The notes under the pieces are model-generated. The model saw only the letters and a program-made list of their open reading frames with translations, had not been told where the DNA came from and did no database searches. A stretch of DNA of 63,874 bases, filler included, from Chiloscyllium plagiosum (lineage: Eukaryota), in the NCBI RefSeq assembly GCF_004010195.1. It is 3 parts of 2 records of this genome, joined end to end, with 100 filler letters (N's around TTAATTAATTAA, not from the genome) between each part and the next. Parts side by side here need not be neighbours in the genome. Positions count along the whole stretch, not along the records: positions 1 to 27,113 come from NC_057716.1; positions 27,214 to 55,797 come from NC_057716.1; 1 more part is not named here. The stretch is one strand, 5' to 3'. Position 1 is the stretch's first letter; each line of letters opens with the position of its first letter. Both the position numbers and the translations under genes were made by a program. Shown here one piece after another: positions 24,606 through 35,196 of this stretch.

Positions 24606-25199
24606 TTGGGTGGCATGGTGGGACAGTGGTTAGCACTGCTGCCTCACAGTGCTAGAGATCTGGGTTCAATTCCTGATTCAGGTGACTGACTGTGGAGTTT
24701 GCATGTTTTTTTTTAGATTAGATTAGATTACAGTGTAGAAACAGGCCCTTCGGCCCAACAAGTCCACACTGACCCGCCGAAGCGAAACCCACCCATACCC
24801 CTACATTTACCCCTTACCTAACACTACGGGCAATTTAGTATGGCCAATTCACCTGACCCTGCACATCTTTGTGATGTGGGAGGAAACCGGAGCACCCGGA
24901 GGAAACCCACGCAGACACGGGGAGAACGTGCAAACTCCACACAGTCAGTCGCCTGAGGCGGGAATTGAACCCGGGTCTCTGGCGCTGTGAGGCAGCAGTG
25001 CTAACCACTGTGCCACCGTGCCGCCCACTCCCCGTGTCTGCGTGGGTTTCCTCCCACAGTCCAGAGATGTGCAGGTGAATTGGCCATGCTAAATTGCCCG
25101 TAGTGTTAGGTGTAGGGGAATGGGTGGGTTGTGATTCGGTGGGTCGGTGTGGACTTGTTGGGCCGAAGGGGCTGTTTCCACACTGTAAGTAATCTAATC
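24606..25199 (+). mobile_element. HE1-like SINE containing a second, antisense HE1-like SINE (about 24713-25027)
   Basis: The outer SINE breaks at GTTTGCATGTT and resumes at CTCCCCGTGTCTGCG; the inner copy is complete on the - strand. Confidence 0.9.
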
Positions 25200-25467
25200 C
25201 AATCTGTTTTATACCTATCTCCCCTCTCTTTAAAGTTGTGTCCCCTCGTATTTGCCATCCCCAAACTTGGAAAAAGGCTCTCCCTGTCCACCCTATCTAA
25301 CCCTCTGATTATCTTGTATGTCTCTATTAAGTCACCTCTCAACCTTCTTCTCTCTAACAAGAACAGCCTCAAGTTCCTCAGCCTTTCCTCATAAGTCATT
25401 CCTTCCATACCAGTCAACATCCTAGTAAATCTCCTCTGCACCCTTTCCAAAGCTTCCACATCCTTCT

Positions 25468-25760
25468 TGTTAGCACTGTTGCCTCACAGCGCCAGAGACC
25501 CGGGTTCAATTCCCGCCTCAGGCGACTGACTGTGCGGAGTTTGCACGTTCTCCCCGTGTCTGCGTGGGTTTCCTCCGGGTGCTCCGGTTTCCTCCCACAG
25601 TCCAAAGATGTGCAGGTCAGGTGAATTGGCCATGCTAAATTGCCCGTAGTGTTAGGTAAAGGGGTAAATGTAGGGGTATGGGTGGGTTGCGCTTCGGCGG
25701 GTCGGTGGGGACTTGTTGGGCCGAAGGGCCTGTTTCCACACTGTAATCTAATCTAATCTA
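25468..25760 (+). mobile_element. HE1-like SINE (5'-truncated) in the LINE
   Basis: GTTAGCACTG...GGGTTCAATTCCC...(CTAAT)n. Confidence 0.9.
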
Positions 25761-26129
25761 ATAATGCAGTGACCAGAACTGTACACAATACTCCAAGTGT
25801 GGCCGTACCAGAGCTTTGTACAGCTGCAGCATAACCTCCTGGTTCCGGAACTCAATCCCTCTATTAATAAAGGCCAAAACACTGTATGCCTTCTTAACAA
25901 CCCTGTCAATCTGGGTGGCAACTTTCAGGGATCTGTATACATGGACACCGATATCTCTCTGCTCATCTGCATTCCCAAGAATCTTACCATTAGCCCAGTA
26001 CTTTGCATTCCAATTGCTCCAGCCAAAGTGTATCACCTCACACTTGTCCACATTAAACTCCATTTGCCACCTCTCAGCCCAGCTCTGCATCCTATCTATG
26101 TCTCTATACTACATCCTTCGTCACTAACC

Positions 26130-26490
26130 AAATCTTGAAATTCTTGTGGCAGTTCGGTCGCTAGAGGATCCAAATATTCATTGATCTTGTTCAAAGGTAC
26201 AAAGGCACAAAGGCAAGGGCAATAATCATTCTAGCTTTTAACCCGAAATCAGGATCAGTGTTATACAAACTAGTGAACCCCAATCCAGCTAAATGTTTTT
26301 GCATATTTTGAGCTAAATGAAAAAACATTCTTTAATTTGAATATCAGGGAATATGTCCTTCATAGCACTGTGCACAGCTTGTTCAAAATCGCAGATGATT
26401 GAAGGGGTTTCAAATTGGGTTCCATTTCTTTCAATATCATGAATAAAACGATTAAAAAAATATAAAAAGATGGCAAAAGAACGAAACACT
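26130..26490 (-). mobile_element. MULE/Mutator transposase pseudogene, catalytic core part
   Basis: With frameshifts: LKEMEPNLKP/SIICDFEQAVHSAMKDIFPDIQIKECF/HLAQNMQKHLAGLGFTSLYNTDPDFGLKARMIIALAFVPL/NKINEYLDPLATELPQEFQD; DFE and CxxH motifs. Confidence 0.85.
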
Positions 26491-26759
26491 TGTGGCAGCG
26501 CACCTGCAGTTAACTCAACTGAGGCTAAGGACTAACTGTAGCCTGAGCAAACAGCTAAACGAGGAGAGAGCTAGTTTTCCTGTTTCCAAATATGGATGAG
26601 CTCAATTTATACAAAGGAATACAAAGGAAGTGCAACTAGCAACATATCTATTGGTCTTTTCGAGGCTGCATGCTCAACTACTATATACAAAAACACTTAG
26701 TACAAAAAAATGCATACAATTATTTGCAAGCATTTAAAAAGAATAGGGGGGGGAAGAGG

Positions 26760-27113
26760 AGGGGGTGTGGCACTACTAATCAGAGAGGGTATCAACAGCT
26801 ACCGAAGCTTCCATTGTCGAGGAAGATCTGCCTACCGAGTCAGTATGGGTGGAAATTAGGAACAGCAAGGGAGCAGTCGCCTTGTTAGGGGTTTACTACA
26901 GGCCCCCCAATAGCAGCAGGGAGGTTGAAGAAAGCATAGGTTGGCAGATTTAGGAAAAATGTGGACGTGGTAGGGTTGTTGTAATGGGTGACTTTAACTT
27001 TCCCAATATTGATTGGAACCTCCTTTGAGCAGAAGATTTGAATGGAGCTGTTTTTGTAAGGTGTGTTCAGGAGGGTTTCCTAACTCAGTACATTGACAGG
27101 CCGACGAGGGGAG
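26760..27113 (+). mobile_element. CR1 LINE endonuclease fragment cut by the scaffold end
   Basis: LGVYYRPPNS, VVVMGDFNFPNIDW. Confidence 0.85.
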
Positions 27114-27213
27114 NNNNNNNNNNNNNNNNNNNNNNNNNNNNNNNNNNNNNNNNNNNNTTAATTAATTAANNNNNNNNNNNNNNNNNNNNNNNNNNNNNNN
27201 NNNNNNNNNNNNN
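27114..27213. other. Artificial scaffold linker N44-TTAATTAATTAA-N44
   Basis: Exactly 100 nt, stops in all six frames, identical to 55798-55897. Confidence 0.97.
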
Positions 27214-27270
27214 TGGGGGAGTCATTCCCCCTGGGGGGGGGGGGGGGGTGAGAGTGGGGGAGTCGCTCTC

Positions 27271-27463
27271 CCTGAGGGGAGAGTGGGAGAGTCACTGCCG
27301 TGGGGGACACTTGTCTGGAGCAGCAACACCAGCATTGTGCTGAGGGGCCAAATGGCCTGTTTCTGTACCTGAGGGGAGAGTGGGAGAGTCACTGCCGTGG
27401 GGGACACTTGTCTGGAGCAGCAACACCAGCATTGTGCTGAGGGGCCAAATGGCCTGTTTCTGT
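27271..27463 (+). repeat. Tandem duplication of about 97 bp
   Basis: CCTGAGGGG...GGCCTGTTTCTGTA occurs twice. Confidence 0.9.
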
Positions 27464-27812
27464 ATCAGACCCTATGATAGACTGTGCCTCTGTATAACAG
27501 GTAACATTACGAAGGGATTGAGCAGGTAGACGGAGAGAAACTGTTCCCAGTGGCTGGGGAGTCAGCAAACAGAGGGGCACAGACTGAAGAGAACTGTATT
27601 CAAACATCTGCCGTAATACATGGAGCTGTGGTTACTTGGGACATGTTGCCTGAAATGGGTTTTGATAGTACACGTCTGAAAAGAGTTGGATACATCCTTG
27701 GAACGGGGATAGAGTACAGGGGACAGTAGTGACAAACTAGACACAGGTAACAGGGATTGGGTGGCCATATGCCAATCAGAAAACGAGATTAAACAATGAG
27801 GCAGTGACTTAC

Positions 27813-27930
27813 TGTACATTCGCCACAGAACGTAGAGGGGTGGACACTGGTTAGGGTCCAACGTCAGGACGTCCCACAGGATCCGGACTCGCAGGAGTGT
27901 GTTGCCATGCAACATCCACAATGGCAGATC
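27813..27930 (-). CDS. DENND4B: DENND4B late coding exon
   Basis: TTACAG|GAT...TACA|GTAAGT; DLPLWMLHGNTLLRVRILWDVLTLDPNQCPPLYVLWRMY resembles the DENND4B segment VRLLWDVLTPDPNSCPPLYVLWR (recalled). Confidence 0.85.
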
Positions 27931-27995
27931 CTGTAATGACATACTCTCCCCTTACTGAGTTATATAACACACACTGCCTTACCAGCTAATATAAC

Positions 27996-28220
27996 AGCGT
28001 GACCCCGCCTCACCGGGTCAGGGGCCAGCGTGACCCCGCCTCACCAGGTCAGGGGTCAGTGTGACCCTGCCTCACCAGGTCAGGGGTCAGCATGACCCTG
28101 CCTCACCAGGTCAGAGGCCAGCGTGACCCCACCTCACCGGGTCAGCGTGACCCTGCCTCACCGGGTCAGGGGTCAGCGTGACCCCGCCTCACCGGGTCAG
28201 GGGCCAGCATGACCCCGCCT
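27996..28220 (+). repeat. GC-rich minisatellite of about 31 bp in the DENND4B intron
   Basis: Unit CAGCGTGACCCCGCCTCACCGGGTCAGGGG(C/T), about 7-8 copies, one shortened. Confidence 0.92.
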
Positions 28221-28224
28221 AATG

Positions 28225-28978
28225 TACCCAAAGGGAGTCCTCCAATGAATGGCAGGACACTAGGAAGCTCAGAGGAACAGAGGGGCCTTGTGCTGCTTGT
28301 CCACTGATCCCTGAAGGAGGCGGGGCAAGTTAATGGGGTGGTTAATAAGGTCGCATACAGGATGCTTGTCTCCAACAGTTGTGGCGTAGACCACACGAGC
28401 AGGGTGGGTATGTGCATAATGTTGGTGAGGCCACAGCTGGAGGACTGTGTGCAGTCCTGGTCACCTCACTGTAGGAAGAATGTGATTGCACCGCAGAGGG
28501 GAGAGAGGAGATTCACCAGGTTGTTGCCTGAAATGGAGCATTTAGTTTTGGAGAGAGGCTGGTTAAGCTCAGACTGTGTTTTTTTCAATGGAGAAGATTG
28601 AGAGGGGACCTCATAGAAGTGTATAAGATTATGAGAGGAATGGACATGGTGAATAGAGAGCAGCTGTTCCCCTGAGTCAAAGAGTCAATAAAAAGGGGGC
28701 ATGATTTTAAAGTGAAAGACAGGGGGTCTAGAGGGGATTTGAGAAACTTGTTTCCCCCCCACCAGAGGGTGGTGGGGGTCTGTAATGCGCTACCTGGAGG
28801 GGGTAGTTCAGGCAGGAAGCCTCACCACCTTTAACAAGTACCTGGAGGAGAATGGCAAATACCATAACATTCAAGGCTATGGGTCAGGAGCTTCAAAGTG
28901 GGACTGATTTGGATTTAGTTTGTCGGCCCAGTCATGATGGGCCAAAGGGCCTTTTCTGTACTGTATGATTCTCTGATC
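28225..28978 (+). mobile_element. CR1 LINE 3' fragment
   Basis: LVRPQLEDCVQSWSPH, RGDLIEVYKIMRG. Confidence 0.85.
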
Positions 28979-29129
28979 AGCAGAATGGTGGGCACTGGAT
29001 CATGCCAGTGTAATTCCGCACCGGCACGGTTTTATTTTGGTAAACCATGAGGTCTGGCCCACGTGGAACTTCTCCAGCACCACCTTCCACAAGCCTCACC
29101 CTGTGCTCCCTCGGTGTGTCCGTGCTTAC

Positions 29130-29384
29130 CTGGGACTGGGATCTAACGTGCTGCGATGTCAGTATCAGGCGAAGGAGATTGTGGGGGAGCTCAAGACGGT
29201 GGAAATACCAAACCAGGTTCCAGAATATTATGGGATGGCTGTCAACGAATTCTCCCTGAGACAGCACTGAGTCTCCTTCGTTCTCCATCAGGCTCTCCAG
29301 CTCCTTCCTCAGCACCAAGGGACTGACATAGGCCACCCTGACTCGCTCGGGACTCAGTTCCCGGCGCCAGGTTCCCAGCCAACT
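29130..29384 (-). CDS. DENND4B: DENND4B late coding exon
   Basis: [22 protein letters not shown]...[18 protein letters not shown] is the conserved DENND4 C-terminal block; donor CAG|GTAAGC; phase-0 join to 27930. The acceptor (TAG before 29384) is less certain. Confidence 0.87.
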
Positions 29385-29554
29385 CTACCTCGGCAAACCA
29401 GACAGAGAGCAGGGTCAAACAGCCGGACCAGGAACAATCCACTGGATACCACCCAACCAAACACCCCCCATTCCCCCCATCTCCAGTGTCCAGGGGGATC
29501 AGACCCACCCATCACCGCCTGGGGAAACAAATCACCCTCCCCCAGGGGGAACAG

Positions 29555-29773
29555 ACTACCATGGGGAACCTTATTAAACGCCTTACTTTAAAATCCATAT
29601 ACACCACATCTACTGCTTTCCCCTTGTCCACCTCCTTAGTCACCTTCTCAAGGAATTGAATAAGGTTTGTGAGGCACGACCTGCCCTTCACAAAACTATG
29701 CTGACTATCCTTGATCACATTATTCCTATCCAGATGTTCATAAATCCTATCCCTTACAATTCTCTCTAAGATT
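29555..29773 (-). mobile_element. CR1 LINE RT fragment
   Basis: SQHSFVKGRSCLTNLIQFLEKVT...VDVVYMDF. Confidence 0.9.
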
Positions 29774-30111
29774 TTGAAACACGTTTGACGTTATGTGTTT
29801 CAATGCGAGTGAATTGCAGGCTGCACCTGTAACACATGAATATCCCCTCACCCTCACCTTCCCTTTCATTTCCCAATGCCTCCATTGACCCTTCAGCCTC
29901 CCTCCATTTCCACTGAACCTTTTATGTCAATATCGTCACTTTACTTCCAGAGGACATTACTGCGGAAATTCCCATCACCTTGCTGGAATTCCCATCCCCT
30001 TGCTGTAATTCCCTCCTCCCTGTGTGTGGGTCAGAATTGCCGTGATCTGCTTGGAGTGTCCCTTTCCAGAGTTCCCAGTTCTCTCTTCTTCACTATCAGC
30101 TCCCAGCCTAA

Positions 30112-30405
30112 TGGTGGCTCAATGGTTAGCACTGCTTCCTCAGCGCCAGGGACCTGGGTTCAATTCCCACCTCGGGTAACTGTCTATGTGGAGTTTGCAC
30201 ATTCTCCCAGTGTCTGCGTGGGTTTCCTCCAGGTACTCTGGTTTCCTCCCACAGTCCAAAAATGTGCAGGTCAGGTGAATTGGCCAAGCTAAATTGCCCG
30301 TAGTGTTAGGTGTAGGAGAATGGATCTGGGGTGGGTTGCTCTTCGGAGGGTCGGTATGGACTTGTTGGACCGAAAGGGCCTGTTTCCACACTGTAGGGAA
30401 TCTAA
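30112..30405 (+). mobile_element. HE1-like SINE
   Basis: Head, central domain and tail as in other copies. More diverged copies lie at about 30921-31190, 32509-32830 and 33788-34067. Confidence 0.88.
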
Positions 30406-31740
30406 TTATAATCTCCAATTGCCCTCTCTCCCTGTCACTATGTCTCCAGCGGTCCAGGACAATGAGGCCTATCCCCAGACTTGGAGCATCCTGCTTTCCC
30501 CAGCACTCCATGACTTTGCATTGTTAAGCCCCCTGACCATTTTTGACCAATCCCAGACCACTGACCATTATTCACCACCTGGACTGACTTGACAGAAAAA
30601 GCCCCAAAATGAATATATAGACTAGCTTCCAGGGTACCTCTCAACATCTCCCCTCCCAGCCCCTTCCCGGATGCCATGACCAAGTGGTTGCCTGACCAGA
30701 CGTGAATCCCCCTCCCCTCCCGCCACCCCTGGGAAAACGCAACAGAGTTTGCTTTCCAGATTCCCCACGTGACAATTGCATCAACTGTCACTGGTTAAAG
30801 ACCAGTTCAGTCAGGATGAGGTCCCCAAGTAAATTTTAATTCAAATCTTGGTGACAAAATGGTGGGGTATCCATTCCTTATCCTCTGGCACAACTAAATG
30901 CTGGACACTTTGCCTCCAAAGTGGCGGCTCAGCGGTTAGCATTGCTGCCTTACAGTGTCAGAGACCCGGGTTCAATTCCAGCTTTGGGCGGTTGTCTGTG
31001 TGGAGTTTGCACGTTCTCCCCGTGTCTGCGTGGCTTTCTTCCAGGTGCTCCAGTTTCCTCCCACAATCTAAAGGTTAGATGGATTGGCGATAGGAAAAGC
31101 AGAGTTGTAGGGCTGGGTGGGATGCTCTTTGAAGGGTCGGTGTGAAAATTATGGGCCAAATAGCCAGATTCCACAGTGTAGGGATTCTATGAACTGACCT
31201 CAGGAGAGACCATTCAATTCCTGCTCCTGCTCCCCCACTATTCATTTTGTTTCTCTCTCTATAGGATTTCCAGCGCTTTCTGCTTATATGTCTGATTTGC
31301 ACATGCTGCTATATTCCATTTTTATATTGGATCACCTGCCTATTTGCTCCAATGCTCTTCATGGGATCTTGCCATGTCCAAGCTGGCTGCAATGGTCACT
31401 ATAGTTACAACAGAGAGACCTTGCACAAAGTACTTTCCAAGCGCTGTGGGACGTTCCAAAATGGAACTCAAGGGTGGCTCACCGCCTGGGGTAATTAGGA
31501 ATGAGCAGTAAGTGACCCAGATCCTGAAATCAAACCAAATAACCACAAGGCTACAAGGTGGTGTTCTCATTTGCATTTTGCCAATAGCTGGACGATACCT
31601 AGCGACAACAGAGCAGCGAGAACCTCCAGTTAGACCATCAGAAACTAGATTTATCAACACAAAATTCACGCTTACTTTATTCATACTGCATTAGGATAAG
31701 ATTATAGCTCCGACAGTTGTAGTAAGGAGAAGTTACTTAC

Positions 31741-31832
31741 TCCTGCCCATTCCACATCATTACTTCCGTGAATTTCATATAGTCATCTTTGCCAGTATTG
31801 AATAAATACTCTCCGTCGTTTGTTCCATTCAT
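31741..31832 (-). CDS. SCARB2: SCARB2/LIMP-2-like exon 5
   Basis: TTCCAG|ATG...GA|GTAAGT, 92 nt: MNGTNDGEYLFNTGKDDYMKFTEVMMWNGQ, matching the CD36-family NGTNDG.Y.F.TG...W.G block; not in the ORF track. Confidence 0.88.
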
Positions 31833-34306
31833 CTGGAAATGGATTGAAATACTCTTATAAAAAGTGCCTTCTTTAGCCGAAGATAATCATTTATGATTCC
31901 TCCATGAGCTGTCTATATACACACACACACACATACACACACGTGCATTTACAATATAAAATTTCACAATTGGAAACTCGGTACAGTGCAATAAATGGAC
32001 CTACTTTTGAATAGACTTGGCAATGGCTGGAACTGCTAAAATGGTGGTTACTTTTAGTTATCCTGAGGGTACTAAGTCATTCATTTAGTGTTTTGTTGGG
32101 ATTATATGTCGACTCTCATGGGTTTTGTGCGACAAAGTGTCTCTGAGGAACATTCGTGAACTACATGGGCATCAACAGTAACATCTACAGGTCAGTTTTG
32201 ACTCCATATGCCAATATTTAATATGCCAAATGATTTGATCTGCTGCCATACAGCCTCATGTCTAGGCTGTCAACACTAGGTAAAGCTAAAAATCACACAA
32301 CAGGTTATAATCCAACAGGTTTATTTGGAAGCACTAGCAACACCATAACCTGCTGATGTGTGATGTTTAAACTTTGTCCACCCAGGTCCAACACCGGGTA
32401 ATGTTGTCAGGCCTCAGACATGACCATCAGTGTTATCTGACACGAGATTGCATGCATACTATAAAGAGGCACTATTTTAGTCAAAAGATGCTTGAGGAGA
32501 AGAAAGGAGGATGGCACAGTGACTCAGCGGTTAGCACTGCTGCCTCACAGCAAGAGGGACCTGGGTTTGATTCTATCCTCAAATGACAGTCTGTGTGCAG
32601 TTTGCATGCTCTCCCCAAGTCTGTGTGGGTTTCCTCTCACAGTCCAAAGATGTGCAGGTTAGGTGGGATTGGCCATGCTGAAATGCCCAGAGTGTCCTGG
32701 GATGTGCAGGCTAGGTGGATTAGCCATTAAATTTGCAGGGTTACGGAGATAAGGTAGGGTTGGAGGGGTCAGTGCAGACTTCAACAAGCCAAATGGCCTG
32801 CTTTTACCCTGTAGGGATTCTTGGACTCTAACCATTCTTTCACAGTGTTGATGAGAATGATAAAGTGTTGTAATATTATGGTTTTCTAACCAAATGAAGA
32901 AAAAGGCCAATCATTTTTAGAAACTTGCTATCCATTTAATACATTGTTCATTTTATTTTCAGATAAAGTACCACATTTCTAGATCCAAAAGTGCCTGGAT
33001 GGCGAAGCTCCTGGGTTAGAGGGTATGCAGAAAGAGGGAGAGAAATCACAACACTGACATCCGGTTTATGGAGATCGGCCCTGCAATCTGTGACAGCAGC
33101 TTTGAGAAATGCTTCCAATTTACTGGTTAGCTTGATGGACAAAACATATGTGTGTTTCAATATTGCTGATATGCAACACGTATGTCTATCAGCCTGACCA
33201 GTCAAAGCCAATAACCTTCAACACCTTTTACACATTAATTTCATAGGTAGCTAGCCTGAAATTGGCACGGTGGACAGGCTAACTCTCCTGAATGGCATTT
33301 CTGTCTGGTTACTAAGGGTGCAGACATGTAAAGTTACCCTCACATTGACATCTAAAGACCCTTTGTTAAAAATCCAAATTTTGTTGCTAATTTCATTATC
33401 GCATGTGGTTTGAAATAAGCTTGTGTTACGGTGTTTTGCCAGACACTGAATTTCACAGGAACCCAGCCTGTGCGCATACACAGGGAAATAAAAATGGAGT
33501 TGAATTAAATAGCCACTTAGTTGTTGTATCAATCAATCAATTGCATATCACTGAGAAAGACACTTTGCTCTTGTCAGGACCTCTGCAAGAATGCCTAAAC
33601 ATAACTAATCGCAGGAGAAAACAGTGCTGATTGGTTGCTAAGTTGGCTTTGATTCTGGGTCACATCTTCCCCGCATATCTTGATCAAATTCTTAAATCTA
33701 TGTTGCCTAGTCCTTAAACCATCACAGTCCTTGTAGAATTGCAGAATGATTACAGAACGTAAGGACACCATTTGGCTCATCATGTTGAGGGGTAGCACGA
33801 TGGCTCAATGCTTAGCACTGCTACCTCACAACACCAGGGACCTGGGTTCAGTATCTGCGTGGGTTTCCTCCCAAAATTCAAAGACTTGCAGGTCAGGTGG
33901 AGTGACCATGTTAAATTGTCCATAGTGTTCTGGGATGTGTCGGTTAGATGCATTAGTCATAGGAAATGTAGAGTAATAGGGTAGGGGAATGGGTCTGGGT
34001 GGGATACTCTTCAGAGTGGGTGTGGGACTTGTTGGACCAAATGGCCTGTTTCCACATTGAAGGCATTCTACTCTGTCTATGCTGGCCCTCTACAGGAGGA
34101 AGTTACCCAGCCGTCGCTCTGCTGCCTTTTCCTTGTAACCTCTCACAATCTTCCTTTTCAGATAATAGCTCAAGTCACGTACAGAAGTCTTGATTGAACC
34201 TGCCTATAACATGCTCTCAGGCAGCACTTTCCAGATTGTAATCATATCCTGTGTCATCGCTTCTGTTGTCAATACCTTAAATCTGAGCCCCTTCCACTTC
34301 TGTCCT

Positions 34307-35196
34307 CAGAGTCATAGAGACATTCAGCATGGAAACAGACCTTTCAGTCCAACTTGTCCATGCTGACCAGATATCCTAAACTGATCTAGACCCACTTGCC
34401 AGCATTTTGCCCATATCCCTCAAAACCCTTTCTATTCATATACCCATCCAGATGCCTTTTAAATATTGTAATTGCACCAGCCTTCACCAACTCCTCTGGC
34501 AGCTCATTCCATACACGCACCGCCCTCTGCATGAAAAGGTTGCCCCTTAGATCCATTTTATATCTTTGCCCTCTCACTTAAGCCCTTTAGCTATGGACTC
34601 CCCCACCCCAGGGAAAAGACCTTGCCTAGTCATGCTATCCAGGCCCCCCATGATTTTATAAACTTCTATAAGGTTTAGCCTCCGATACTCCAGGGAAAAC
34701 AGCCCCGGCCTATTCAGCTTCTCTCTGTAGCTCAAACCTTCCAACCCTGGCAACTTTCTTGTAAATTGTTTGTGCATCTTCTCAAGGATAACAGTGTCTT
34801 TCCTATAGCAGGGAGACCAGAATTGACTGCAGTATTCTAAAAATGGCTTAACCAATGTCCTGTACAGCCACAACATGACATCCCAACTTCTACACTCAAT
34901 GTTCTGACCAATAAAAGCAAGTGTATTGATTGCTTTCTTCACGATCCTGTCACTCCACCTTCAAGGAATTATGAACCTGCATCACAAGGTCTCTTTGTTC
35001 AGCATTCTACCCAAGATCCTACCATTAAGTGTATAAGTCCTGCCCTGATTTGCCTTACCACAATGCACATACCACATACATCGGCTCATCTGATCAAGGT
35101 TCCGTTGTACTCTGAGATAACCTCTTCACTGTCCACTACACCAGTAATTTTGGTGTCATCTCCAGCTTACTAACCATACCTCCTATGTTCACATCC
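34307..35196 (-). mobile_element. CR1/HER1 LINE 3' fragment
   Basis: ORFs 34574..34942 and 34386..34577. Confidence 0.88.

Larger units (their letters stand above)
24376..26128 (-). mobile_element. CR1/HER1 LINE inserted in the MULE and itself interrupted by SINEs
   Basis: ORFs 25758..26090 and 25106..25459 ([22 protein letters not shown]); (CTATGTT)n tail at about 24376-24396. Confidence 0.92.

Noticed and set aside
30740..30790. CACGTGAC E-box/CLEAR-like motifs here and near 63094
   Set aside because: Short motifs expected by chance, with no promoter context linking them to the SCARB2-like gene.
32948..33532. Non-repetitive stretch with short ORFs in SCARB2-like intron 4
   Set aside because: No recognisable protein or consistent splice pair; conservation cannot be judged without alignment.
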